This document shows positions 22,082 through 40,752 of a DNA stretch of 64,000 bases, piece after piece. The DNA is from Dictyostelium discoideum (taxonomy: Eukaryota). The translations under genes were made by a program, and so were the position numbers. The stretch covers positions 832,001 through 896,000 of the forward strand of contig CM000151.3 in the NCBI GenBank assembly GCA_000004695.1. Reading direction: 5' to 3'. The notes beneath the pieces are model-generated. The model was not told the origin of the DNA. It was given only the letters and a program-made list of their open reading frames with translations, and did not search any database. How positions within the stretch are numbered: the stretch's first letter is position 1; each line of letters opens with the position of its first letter.

Positions 22082-23611
22082 TACTATTATTTGTATTATT
22101 ATTGGTATTATTGGTATTATTATTATTATTGTTATTGATATTGTTACTGTTAATGTTATTATTGCTATTGTTATTATTATTTGGTGCAATTTTTGGTAAA
22201 ACTACAATAGGTTGAGAAGTTGAATTATTATTATTATTATTTGATTGTGATATTTGTTGAAGTTTATTTGATAGATATTGATGATCAGTTTCAATATTTC
22301 TTGAAGAGATTTTATTTCCATCTCTAGCTTTATCGATCATAACCAAAGTATTTTCATTTTCTTCATCATTTTCATCGTCATAATTCATTTGAGAATTGTT
22401 TTGGTGATGTTGATTTTGGATATATTGTTGTTGTTGTTGTTGTGCTTGTTGTTGATATTGTTGTGCTTGTTGTTGTAATTGTTGTTGTTGATACAATGAT
22501 CTTCCATTATTACTCACTTTAATATTTCTATTTACAAGAGACTCGACTGAAGATAAAATTTCAATATTATTTCTACTATTATTATTATTGTTGTTGTTGT
22601 TGTAACTATTATTATTGGTATTAAACTCTCTATCTCTATCCCTATCTCTTTCTCTATCTCTATCTCTTTCTCTTTCTCTATCTCTATCTCTATCTCTTTC
22701 TCTTTCTCTTTCTCTTTCTCTTTCTCTTTCTCTTTCTCTTTCTCTTTCTCTTTCTCTTTCTCTTTCTCTTTCTCTTTCTCTTTCTCTTTCTCTATCCCTA
22801 TCTCTTTCTTTTGATTGGTTGGGCGAATTATTGTAATTATTATTATTGTTGTTGTTGTTATTATTATTATTATTATTTTTATTATTATTATTTTGTACTG
22901 ACACAGTTGTTGTATTAGGTGTAGAATGTGATGATGATGGACTATTCAATTGATTTAATATTTTAATTGTTGAATCATTTTCAAAATTATTAGTTTGTTC
23001 GGAGGATGGGGAATCTTCTCTATTTGTGTTGTTGTAGTTGTTATTATTTGATTTTTTGGATGATTGTTCATAATCATCGTGGAGGTCTTCAATTAGGTTT
23101 CTATTGAGTTTATTGGAACCATTAACACCTTTATTTGATCTTTCGTCATCATTATCATCAATCTCCATTTGTTCTCTCTCTTTTTCATTTTTTTCTTTTT
23201 CTTCATCATCACTATTATTTTCATTTTTATTATTATTATTATTATTGTTATTGTTATTATTATTATTATTATTATTGTTGTTGTTGTTGTTGTTGTTGTT
23301 GTTATTAATAATTTCGCTACTATCATCGTCATCAAAAGCAATTTCCTTTTCTTTATCCTTTTCTATGTCTCTTTCTCTTTCTCTTTCTTTTTCTTTTTCT
23401 TCTTTTTCACTTTCTCTTTCTTTTTCTTTTTCTTTTTCTTTTTCTTTTTCTTTTTCTTTTTCTTTTTCTTTTTCTTTTTCTCTTTCATTCTCTTGAGGAG
23501 GTTGTGGAGAATTTGGATCTTTTTGTGAATCATTTTCACCACTTATTTTTGAATCAATTTCTTGGGCATCTTCATTTTTGTTATTAATTGAAGCTGTAAC
23601 AGTTTCGATTT

Positions 23612-23615
<4 letters not shown>
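21054..23615 (-). CDS. Low-complexity nuclear-type protein (853 aa). It has (EK)n, (RE/RD)n, polyN and polyQ tracts and a C-terminal coiled-coil region.
   Basis: Single long minus-strand ORF. (TCTCTT)n and (TTTTTC)n nucleotide repeats encode the RE and EK runs. The C-terminus LVTKLERMEREREVLFNENKKLRKELQELENLGAK is heptad-like. Both strands give spurious ORFs here. Confidence 0.55.
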
Positions 23616-23642
<27 letters not shown>

Positions 23643-24397
23643 ATTATTAAAAAATAAATATTTAAATAAATTTGGTAGACTACTTTTAAAAATTATTTTA
23701 TTTAAAATTTATTTATTTATTTTATTTAAAATTTATTTGTTTTTTTTTTTTTTTTTTTTTTTATTTTTTTTTTTTTTACTATTATAAAAATTTAATATTA
23801 TATTACCAGAGATATAGTAATAAAAAAAAATGATTAAAAAAAAAAAAAAAAAAAAATTAAATGTAATATGTAATCTTGTCTTATATAAAACAAATAAAAA
23901 TATAAATAAAAAATAAATAAAAAATAATAATAATAAAAAAAAAAAATAAAAAATAAAAAATAAAAAATAATTATAAAATTTTAAAATAAAAAAAAACCAA
24001 ACAGTAACCAATTTTACAAATTTAATTAAAATAGAATTCTAATTTTATATGGTGTAGGTGTGGTTTTGTTTTTTTTTTTTTTTCTTATTTATTTAATTAT
24101 TTAATTTATTTTTTTTTGATTTTTTTTTGATTTTATTTTTTTATTTGTTGAAATTAAATAAGGAAAATTTTTATAAAAACAAGCAAATAATAAAAACCAC
24201 TAATCTCTACTTATTAAAGGTTTTTTTTTTTTTTTTGTGTGGTGTGTGTTTGAGTAAGAATTTTGACTGAAAAAAAAAAGAACAAAAGATTTATTTGAAT
24301 TTTTTAAGTAGATAAATTTAAAATTGTCATTATTTTATTTTTTATTTATTTTTATTTTTATTTTATTTGTTATTAATTTTTTTTTTTTTTTTGCATA

Positions 24398-24428
<31 letters not shown>

Positions 24429-25131
24429 CCTTCCAAACTACAAATTAAATGTAATTATTTCCAATCGTATAATTATTTTTTTAATTTTTAAATATATTTT
24501 GCTTTTTTCCCTATACATTATCACTTTTTTTTTTTTTTTTCTTTTTATAAACCATTCTTAATTATTATTATAATTGTTTTATTTATTATTATTATTAAAA
24601 TTATTATTATTATTAAAATTATTATTTTAATTTTATTAATATTTTTTTAAAATATATTTGGTTATTTAGAGATATGTTTTTTCATTTTCGGCTGAATCTA
24701 ATTTAGTAAAAAAAAAAAAAAAAAAAAAACATTTATTATTAATTGATAGTACATTCAATTTTAAATAGTAAAATCCTAACTATAACTTTGTACATCGCTC
24801 AAATTATTATTAACCCTTTTTTTTTTTAATACACATTTCATTCCATGATTTCAAAACCTTATTTCCTACCACAAAAAATGATTGAAAAAAAAAAAAAAAA
24901 AAAATAAAAAAAAAAAAGAAAAAAAAAATTAAAAAATAAAAATTAAAAAAATTTATTTTCAAAAACTTTGTCGTTTTTTTTTTTTTTTTTTTTCTTTTCG
25001 TTTTATCATTAACTTAATTCCCGTTTCCATCTTTTTTTTTTTCACCACCCTTTTTTTATTTTATTTTTGTAAATAGTAAATAAATAAATAAATACATTAA
25101 AAAAAGTAATTTTAAATAAATATAAATAAAA

Positions 25132-26102
25132 ATGTCAAAACAAATTGAAAAGATTGAAAAGGAATTACCAACTGTTTCCTTTACAACCAATAAAGATTCA
25201 AAGAAATATAGAGATAAAAAGAGAAAAGAAAGACAAATTAAAAAAGAAAAAGGTATAAAAGTAAATAAAATAAAGAAACAAGTATATAATAGTGATAGTG
25301 AAGATGAAAAAGATAGTGATGAAGATGAAATTGAAGATGAATTTGCAAGTTTAAGTGAAGAAGAAGAAGAAGAAAAAGAAAAAATTGTAGAAAATAATAA
25401 AAAACAAAAAACATCATCATCATCATCATCAAATGAACCTGTAAATAGATTTGAATTAGATAAAGAAGCATTATCAAATAAATTGAGTAGCATTTTAGCT
25501 CATGGTACAAGCACTAAAAAACAAAAACCAACAACCACAACAGCTGCTGCTGCTGCTGATGGTAGTACAATCCTTTCAAAATCTGAACAAACTTTAAATG
25601 AAACCCTTAAAAAAGAAAAAGAAAAAAAGAAACAAGAAAAAGAAAGACAATTAGAAAAAGAATTATTACAAACTAAAGACTATAAACCAATTGAAATCCT
25701 TTTAACCCCTGAAGAAAGAGATTTAATGAGATTAGCTAAAAAAGGTGTTATCAAATTATTCAATGCCGTCACTCAACATCAACAATCTGGTTTAACTGCT
25801 TCTGTTGATCAAAAATCTAAAAATAGTAATTATCAAAATCTTTTCATTTTATTTTTTATTTTATATTTATATTTATTTTATTAATAAAACTTTTTTTTTT
25901 TAAAAAAAAAAAATTATAAATTTAGTTACCAAAAATCAATTCTTGGAAAACTTAAAAAATACTAAAGTAAAGAAAGCAAATGAAGATGATGATGATTATT
26001 CAGACGATGATTATTCAGACGACCAAAAAGATGGAGAACAATGGGATGTATTAAAAGATGATTATTTAGTTAAAAACGAATATGATATTAAAGAAGAACA
26101 AG

Positions 26103-26107
<5 letters not shown>
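25132..26107 (+). CDS. rrp15: RRP15-like rRNA-processing protein. Exons 25132..25825 and 25926..26107, intron 100 nt.
   Basis: Conserved RRP15 block LAKKGVIKLFNAVTQHQ and C-terminal ...GEQWDVLKDDYLVKNEY (cf. human GVVQLFNAV..GPGWTILRDDFMMGA). GTAATT donor after AAAAATA, and TTTAG acceptor. Frame is continuous, about 291 aa. Confidence 0.7.
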
Positions 26108-26146
<39 letters not shown>

Positions 26147-26647
26147 AAAAAAATATCTCAAATAAAAATAAAAATAGAAATAAAAAAAAAAAAAAAAAAC
26201 AAAAAAACATTAAAAAAAAAAAAAAAAAAGCCCCTTTTTTTCTATTTTTATTTTTATTTTTTTATTTTTAAATTTCCTATTTTCCCTTTATTTTTTTTTT
26301 TTTACTTTATTTTTATTTTTATTTTTTTATTTTTATTTTTTTTTATTTTTTTTTTTTGTTTTAAAAAATATAAGTCGCGAGCTTGTGTAACTTCTCGGAC
26401 CCATTAAGAAGTTTTTTTTTATTTTTATTTTTTTTAGAAAAAAAAAAAAAAAATAAAAAAAAAATAAAAAAAAACTTTTTCATTTTTTTTTTTTTTTTTT
26501 TTAAATCCACCCAATTGTACATTATATAATATTATATTTATTTATATATAAATTGTTTTTTTCATTTTTTTTTTTTTTTTTTTTCTCTCTCTTTAATATT
26601 TATTTGATATTCGACCCATAGATCAAAATACATATTAAAAAAAGAAA

Positions 26648-27025
26648 AATGTCATCTAAAAATAATGGTAACAATAATACAGCTTCTTTACTTTTAAAGA
26701 AACAACTCTTAGGTAAGATATATATAATTAAAATATAGAATCAAAATAAACCTCTTCTTCATTATCCTTCTTCTTCTTCTTCTTCTTTCTTCTTCTTCTT
26801 CTTCTTATTATTATTATTCTTCTCTATACTAACATAGTAATATTATATATATGTAGAATTAAATAAAAATCCAATTGATGGTTTTTCAGCAGGTTTAGTT
26901 GACGAATCTAATATTTATGAATGGCAAATTATGATTATGGGCCCACCAGATACATTATACGAAGGTGGTATATTTAATGCAACTTTATCATTTACACCAG
27001 AATACCCAGTAAAGTATGTTATCGT

Positions 27026-27064
<39 letters not shown>

Positions 27065-27548
27065 CAATAGGTAATAGATATTAACAAATTTCAATTGTTT
27101 TTATAATCAATAATCAATAATAATCAATAATAATCAATAATAATCAATAATAATCAATAATAATCAATAATAATCAATAATAATCAATAATAATCAATAA
27201 TAATCAATAAACAATGATCAATAATCAATAATCAATTTATTAAATAATTTTAGACCGCCAAAGATGAAATTTATTACAGAAATGTGGCACCCAAATGTTT
27301 ATAAAGAGGGTGAAGTTTGTATTTCTATTTTACACGAAGGTGAGGACGCATATGGTTATGAGAAATCAAATGAAAGATGGTCACCAGTTCACACTGTCGA
27401 ATCAATTCTTGTATCAGTAATTTCAATGTTATCATCACCAAACGACGAGTCACCAGCAAATATCGATGCTGCTAAAGAGTGGCGTAACTCTAGAGAAACT
27501 TTTAATAAAAAGGTCCAAAGACTTGTCAGAAAGACTCAAGATAGCTAA
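26648..27548 (+). CDS. Ubiquitin-conjugating enzyme E2, UBE2G1/Ubc7-type. Exons 26648..26711, 26857..27013 and 27254..27548, giving 171 aa.
   Basis: The spliced product is ...LLLKKQLLELNKNPIDGFSAGLVDESNIYEWQIMIMGPPDTLYEGGIFNATLSFTPEYPVKPPKMKFITEMWHPNVYKEGEVCISILHEGEDAYGYEKSNERWSPVHTVESI..., near-collinear with UBE2G1 including the acidic insertion loop and the HPN...C active site. Donors are GTAAGA and GTATGT, acceptors TGTAG and TTTAG. Confidence 0.8.
27104..27237. repeat. (AATAATCAAT)n minisatellite, about 12 units, inside intron 2 of the E2 gene.
   Basis: Direct reading. Confidence 0.9.
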
Positions 27549-27987
27549 AAAAATAAAAATAATAAAAAAAAAAAAAATAACATAAACAACGTATCAAGAA
27601 ATATATATTCATTTTTTGAAAAAAATAAAAAATAAAATATAAAATACACCAAAACAATTTTTTATTTTTTATTTTATTAATTATTTATTTTATTTTTTAA
27701 ATTGGAATTATTAAAATTGATTTATTTTAGTTACCTATACTATTGGAGTATTATTGTTGATAAATTATCATATACATCAGAGCATTCAGTATTACCTTTT
27801 ACAGAATAATATCTAAAACACTTTTTATGATCACCACTTTGAAAAAATAAAAATATTTCCAAATAAAAATAAAATCTTTTCCAAATTTATTAAGTCTTTT
27901 TTTAAAAATTAGATTTATTTTAAATAAAACAGAACATGAAACAAAAATAAAATTCTAATTTGTTTGATTTGATGACATTATATTATT

Positions 27988-28019
<32 letters not shown>

Positions 28020-28065
28020 AGGGAACTGTTTGTTGGATAATATTTTTTTTTTTTTTTTTTTTTTT

Positions 28066-33156
<5,091 letters not shown>

Positions 33157-33461
33157 TTTTTATGGATGTATAAATTTTAACTTTACACAAAGAAAAAAAA
33201 AAAAAAAATAATAAAAAAAAAATTATAAAAAAAAAAACAGTGATGATGATTTTTTGGTGGACGTATAAATTTTAAGTTTACAAGCAAAAAATAAAAAAAA
33301 AAAAAAAAATAAAAAATAAAAAACAGTGAAGAATTTTATTTTTTTGAAAAATATTTTGATCAAGATTTGGAAAGCCAAAAAAAAAAAAAAATCTCAAAAA
33401 TCTATTCGTAAAAAAATTGAAAAAAGTTTCAAAAACTATTCACACAATAATTGCGTATTTT

Positions 33462-34270
<809 letters not shown>

Positions 34271-34553
34271 TTTTTAATGGATGTATAAATTTTAACTTTA
34301 TACAAAGAAAAAAAAATAAAGATATAAAAAAAAAAATAGAAAAAAAAAAAACAAAAAAAAAAATAGTGACGAAGGTTTTTTAGTGGAGGGCAAATTTTAG
34401 TTTAAAAATATTTGTATACTATTCACTATAATTGCGGATATTTTATTAATTATAAAATTATTATTTTCCAGCTTTTTTTTTTTTTTTACAATATTATTTT
34501 TGTTGGTTTTATTTCTATTTACACTATGATTGGATTTTTTTTTTTTTTTTTTT

Positions 34554-35057
34554 TTAATTTTTTTCATTATCGCTATTTTTGTTTTTTTCTTCTTTTTCTT
34601 CTTCTTTATTCTTTTTCGTTTCCTCTTCTAATTTTGAATTTAATTTTTTTCTAATTTCTGAATGTGTTTTTCTTTGTTTATTTTTTTTTCTTTGTTCTGC
34701 TTTTTTCTTAACTTTTAATTCTTCTTCTAATTTTTGTTGCTCCCTTCTTTCACTAAACTCGTTATTTGATAGTTCCTAAAAAAAAATTAAAAAAAAAATA
34801 AAAAATGATGGGGTTAGTTGTGAAAAAAAAAAAAAAAAAATAAATAAATAAAGTGTTATTTTAAAATATACTTTTCTATCATTTTTATCCATCTCTTCTA
34901 ATCTTAAAGTTTCCTTTCTTCTTAAATTACGATAAACATGAAAGTCGCCACTTGATGAACCTGCTGTCGAAGATGAAACATGTGCAACAATCTTATATTC
35001 CTCACCAATTGTTGATGTAACTGATGAAGTGTTGTTTTTAGTATTCGATTCTGACAT
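34554..35057 (-). CDS. prkrip1: PRKRIP1-like protein (about 135 aa). Exons 34872..35057 and 34554..34775.
   Basis: Exon 1 is MSESNTKNNTSSVTSTIGEEYKIVAHVSSSTAGSSSGDFHVYRNLRRKETLRLEEMDKNDRK (human PRKRIP1 has [20 protein letters not shown]). A GTATAT donor and TTTTTAG acceptor lead to a basic Lys/Glu-rich tail. The track ORF start at 35063 is a TTG, and the ATG is at 35057. Confidence 0.6.
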
Positions 35058-35553
35058 TTTCAATCTATATCGACCTATTTATTTTAAAAATAACAATGGT
35101 TTAAAAAAAAAGATATAAATAAGATATAAATAAAATGAAAAAAAAAAAATAAAAAAATGTGAAAATTTAAAAAAAAATAAAAATAAAAAAAATAAATTAA
35201 TATTTTCATTTTTTTTTTTTTTTTTGTATTATTTTCACAACATTACTTTGTTAAATAACCATAAATTTTAATTTCTTGTTTTTTTTTTTTTTTTTTTTTA
35301 AATTGTTTATTTTTTTTTATTTGTTGAGATCATTGATTTAATAAATTAGTGATGATGGAATTTCAAAAAAAAAAATAAAAAAAAAAATAAAAAAAAATTT
35401 ATCAATTTTAAATCAATTATTGATTATTATAAAAATTAAAAACAAAATAAAATAAAATAATTTTGACTCAACAATAATGACATTATTTTTTGATTATTAA
35501 ATATATTTAAAAATAAAAAAATCTAATTTTTATAATTTTTTTAATTTTATTTA

Positions 35554-35584
<31 letters not shown>

Positions 35585-36231
35585 ATTTTTTTTTATTTTT
35601 ATTTTTATTTTTTTTTTTTATAAATTTACTTAATTTTTTTCTTTTTTCCCTACATTGCTGGTTATTAAAAAATAATAATAAAACACTCACCCCCCTCCCA
35701 CATTTTGTGTTTTAAATTCTATTAAAAAATTTATTATTAAGATTTTTTTTTTTTTTAATTAAATAAAATAAAAAAATAAAAAAAATAATAAATAATTTTT
35801 TAAAAATAAAAAAACACACAATTTTTATAGTAAACCACACACTCTTATACCCTATTTTTATAAATATAATTTAAAATATTTTATTTATATAAAATTTTTT
35901 TGTTTTATTTTGTTTTATTTTTTTTTTCTTGGTTTTTTTATTGTCACTACACAACAAACATAATTTAATTAAAGAATAAAGTTTTTTTATTAAAATAATT
36001 TAAAGAAAAAAAAAAAAAAAAAAAAAAAAAAAAGGAAAACCCAAAAAAAAAAATCATTGCAGGTTTGACTGTATAGATTTTTTTTTTTTTTTTTTTTCTA
36101 CACTAAATTTTTTTTTTTTTTTTTTGTAAAGAAAAAAAAAAAAAAAAAATAGAGTAAAAAATAAAAAGAATAATAATAATAATAATAATAATAAATAATA
36201 TATAGATAGATAGATAGAGACATATAGAAGA

Positions 36232-37954
36232 ATGAATTATGTTGAAAAGTTATTTGACGAAGTTCACTATGTTTTTAATTTAAATGCAGCCACTTTAAGT
36301 GGGGCAATTGATATATTGGTAATTCCTCAATTAGATGGTTCATTAAAGTGTACACCATTTCATGTTAGATTTGGTAAACTTCAATTAATTCAAAGTTCAG
36401 CAAAAGTTATAACAATCTATGTGAATGGTCAAAAAACCGATTTACAAATGAAATTGGGACAAGCAGGTGAAGCTTTCTTTGTAGAGGAATCCGATGACCC
36501 AGTACCACCATTATTAGCAACTTCACCAATACCCTCACCAAAATCAACTAGAAGAGCAATATCACCTGCATCAGCTAGTACTTTAACAACCACAACTACA
36601 ACAACCACTACATCTTCATCATCATCTTCATCGTCACCATCATCATCATCGTCAGCAACCACATCACCTGTAAATAATACATCTACAACATCATCATCAT
36701 CATCATCAGCTACAACAACTACATTATTATCACCATCTGTTCAACATATTACCCATACATCATCATCAACAACAACTACATCAACATCTAAAAATTCATC
36801 ACCAATACCATCGACTACAACTAAATTTACACAAAAATCAGGAGGTGGTGTTGGGGGTGGTGGTGATGCATTTGATTCAAAAGAGATGAAACCTTTAACA
36901 TCAGCATTGGAAGAGATGATTATGAATCAAACCATTAATAATAATACTTTTTATAATTATGTTCCACCAACTACACCAACAAAGAACAAGACATCATTAA
37001 ATACATCTACCTCAGCATTAAGTCGTGGTTCATCAAGACCATCTAGTCCCGTTACAATTGATACACAATCACCTATTGGTAGTTTTATAATCGATTGTGG
37101 TAATGATATAAATAGTAATTTAGAGGGTAGTACATTCAGTCCAAGCACCTCACCACCAAAATCTTCAACTACAAATAGTGCTAGTGGTGCTGCTACTACA
37201 ACCACTACCACCTCAACAACAACTACAACAACAACAGCTGCCGCTACTACCACTACTGTAACAGAACCAGTTTCAGATTCTGAAACTGAACCAAAGTTTT
37301 GGAGATGGGGTGGTTTCCCAAAGTTTACTTATCGTAGAAAACAATCACAACCACCACAACCAAACACTACAACTACCACCACTACAACAATAGCAGCAGC
37401 AACAGCAGCAACTTCATTATCAAATACAACCTCACCATCAATATCATTAGCAACATCACAAGATAGTATTACCGATTCTACTATTATACAGCCACCACCA
37501 CCAACCACTACAACTACCACAACTACAAATACAATTATAACAGAAGCAACTACAACAAATATATTACAACCAACACCAACAAATAACAGCGGAAAAATTG
37601 AAGAAATTTTAGATACAGATAATAAAAATGGTGGTGAATCAGAATCACCATTAATCTATTCACCAACTATATCATCAAACGAATCGGATGATGGATTGGG
37701 ATTACCAATAATAAATAAAAATAATAATAATAATAATAAAGGCGCCAATCACTCTATACCAATTCCAACACCGAATAATACACCAATAAATCCATCAATG
37801 TTAACAGAGAATCAACCATTGGATGGTAGTTCATCTTGGACAAGAATGGGTTCATTGTTTAAAATGTTTAAAAAAGATCATTCTGGTGGTAATAATTTAG
37901 ATACTTTATCAACTTCACCTTCAAATTTAATTACACATTATGATAAAAATAATC

Positions 37955-38053
<99 letters not shown>

Positions 38054-40209
38054 TACAACAATTACAACAACCACAACCACAACCAAGTTTTATTGTAAAA
38101 ACTGAAATTAAACCAACTTCAACAAACTTTAATAGCGATAATAATAGAGATGAAATGTTTTTATTAGATGAAGAACAAGAAGAAAGAGAAGAGCAAGAAG
38201 AGGAAGAAGAGGAAGAAGAAGAGGACCAAATAAAACAACAAAATGTACAACAACAACAACAACCACCACAACAAATAATTGACGAAAAATTGGATGATCA
38301 ATCACCAAGACAATTAACCAAATCATTATCATATGCAGATATTGTAAAGGAAGGAGAACATTTAATTTCTACAGGTGCAGATGTTTTATCAATTTCACCA
38401 TCGATTCAACCACAACAACCACAACAATCACCACCAAAAGCTTCAATTAATGCTCTTGGTACAACTGTTATTTCAACTTTAAATTATCCACCAGATTCAA
38501 GTATTTCTGAGTGTTTATCGAAATTAAATTATGAATCTGAATTCCCAGTTTTAAAAACAAATGAAGGTTATCATCATCATCATAATAATAATAATAATAA
38601 TAATATAGGTAATAATAATGATAATAATATAGATAATATAGATAATAATAATAATAATAACTTTATTAAACAAATACCACCATTACAAATGAATAAAGTA
38701 ACTAATAGTAATGGATTAATTGATCATTTTTCAATTAGTTTATCATTATGTGGTCATTTAATTTTGGATAAAGCATTACAATATGAACCAGAAGAAAAGG
38801 ATGCATTTTTTAGAGAATACCTTATAAGTTTTGAACATTTTTGTTCAGATACATCATTATTAAAGAATCCACATTTGGTTGCAAAAATCAATGATCAATA
38901 TTATCCATGGTCAGTCGCTGGTCATATCATTTTAAGTTATTTAATCTATCGTAGACCAATTACTCAAGAAGCATTAAATAATTTAAAGAAAAAAGATACT
39001 GAAGATAGAACAACAAATGTAGATATTATATCAACACCTTTACCACAACCAACTCAACTACTACCACAACAACCAACTCAACTACCACAAGCTAAACAAT
39101 CTTCATATTGGAAGAGTTGGTTATGGAAAAACAATAACAATAATAACAATAACAACCAAACTGTACAAAATCAAATTTCACCATCATCATCACCACCATC
39201 ATCATCACAACATTCACTTTCTAATTTAACTAGATCTGAACCAATTCCATTCAGTAATAATATTAATAATAATACTAATAATAATAATAATTTTAATAAT
39301 TTTGAAAATAATATAATAATTGAAGATTTACCAAAGAAATATACAAAGAAATCATTAAGACCAACATCAGATCAATTAAAATCTTTAGGACTTAAAAAAG
39401 GTATAAATAGAATTACATTTGTAGTATCTAGTACTTTATTAGGTACCAAAGAGGTATCAGCATCAATTTATTATTGGGATAATTCATCAAAGATTGTAAT
39501 CTCTGATATAGATGGAACCATTACTAAATCCGATGTATTTGGTCAAGTTTTACCATTGATTGGTAAAGATTGGTCACATATTGGTGTTGCAGAGTTGTAT
39601 TCCAATATCAAAGAGAATGGTTATCAAATCATTTACCTAACTTCAAGAGCTATTGGTCAAGCAAATTTAACTAGAACCTATATTAGTTCAGTGAAACAAA
39701 CTGGTTCAAATCAAAATACATTGGGCGGCAGTGGAACCACTGGTGGTGCAAATAGTGGTGTCAATGGTTTGAATCAACAACAAAGTATACCATTCACTTT
39801 ACCAGAGGGTCCTGTATTCATGTCACCAAATCGTTTACTAACTTCATTTAATCGTGAAGTTATTAAAAGAAATCCTGAAGAATTTAAAATTGCATGTTTA
39901 CAAGATATTCAAAATATTTTCCCACCAACTATGTCTCCATTTTATGCAGGTTTTGGTAATCGTAATACCGATGCTATCTCTTATAATGCTGTTGGTGTAC
40001 CCAAGGGTAAAACATTTACAATCAATCCATTGGGTGTTATCAATACAACAAATACTACCTACAATAAAACTTATACAAAACTTAATGATTTAGTTCAAGA
40101 TATGTTCCCATGTCAAAATTCAAATAAAAATTCTGTTGATGAACAATGGAATGAATATCATTATTGGAAAAAATCTGTTATACCACTTCATAAATTAGAT
40201 CCTCTTTAG
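36232..40209 (+). CDS. Lipin / Mg2+-dependent phosphatidate phosphatase (1325 aa), with N-LIP and C-LIP (DIDGT) domains separated by a long low-complexity linker.
   Basis: N-LIP is MNYVEKLFDEVHYVFNLNAATLSGAIDILVIPQLDGSLKCTPFHVRFGKLQL...GEAFFVEE. C-LIP/HAD has ISDIDGTITKSDVFGQVLPLIGKDWSHIGVAELY...GFGNRNTDAISY. The ORF is continuous, apparently single-exon. Confidence 0.85.
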
Positions 40210-40357
40210 AAAATAATAATAATAATAAAACAAATCAAAAAAAAAAAAAAAAAAAAAAAGTAATAAAATAAAATAAAATAATATATAGGTTGAATTAATA
40301 TATATTAATTTATATATTGGTCATATCATATTAAAATTTTTCTTTTTTTTTTTTTAT

Positions 40358-40718
40358 TTATTTCTTTTTATTTGTTGTTGAAGTTGTGGTTTGTTTTTTT
40401 CTTGCAGAAGATTGATCATTTATTGTTTTTTGAAGTTTTTCATGAGCAACAACATTCTTTTTAGCATCACCATGTTGTTTGAACCAATCAGCTCTAGCTT
40501 GAGCTTTTGCTTTTTCACCACATCCATGAATTTCATAGAGTGCATGTTGAGTACAATATTTATGAGTACAAAATTGACAAATTCTTCCTAAAATTTCAAC
40601 ATTTTTCCCACAACCTTTCATACCACAAATTCTTAAATCAACTTCTCTTAATTCAATTGCTTCAAATTCTTTTAATAATTCGTCAGCAGATTTCTTATCA
40701 ACAGATTTCTTTTTAGTA

Positions 40719-40752
<34 letters not shown>

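Noticed and set aside
21311-23528. Multiple polyL, polyV, polyI, polyY and polyF ORFs on both strands (21311-22215, 23093-23528)
   Set aside because: Simple-sequence translation artefacts within or antisense to the 21054..23615 gene.
35063-35063. Track start at 35063 (and TTG-initiated M at 6432, 11621 and 50963)
   Set aside because: The ORF tool translates TTG as Met. The true starts are the ATG at 35057, or lie upstream via splicing (SDR exon 3, RapGAP exon 2).
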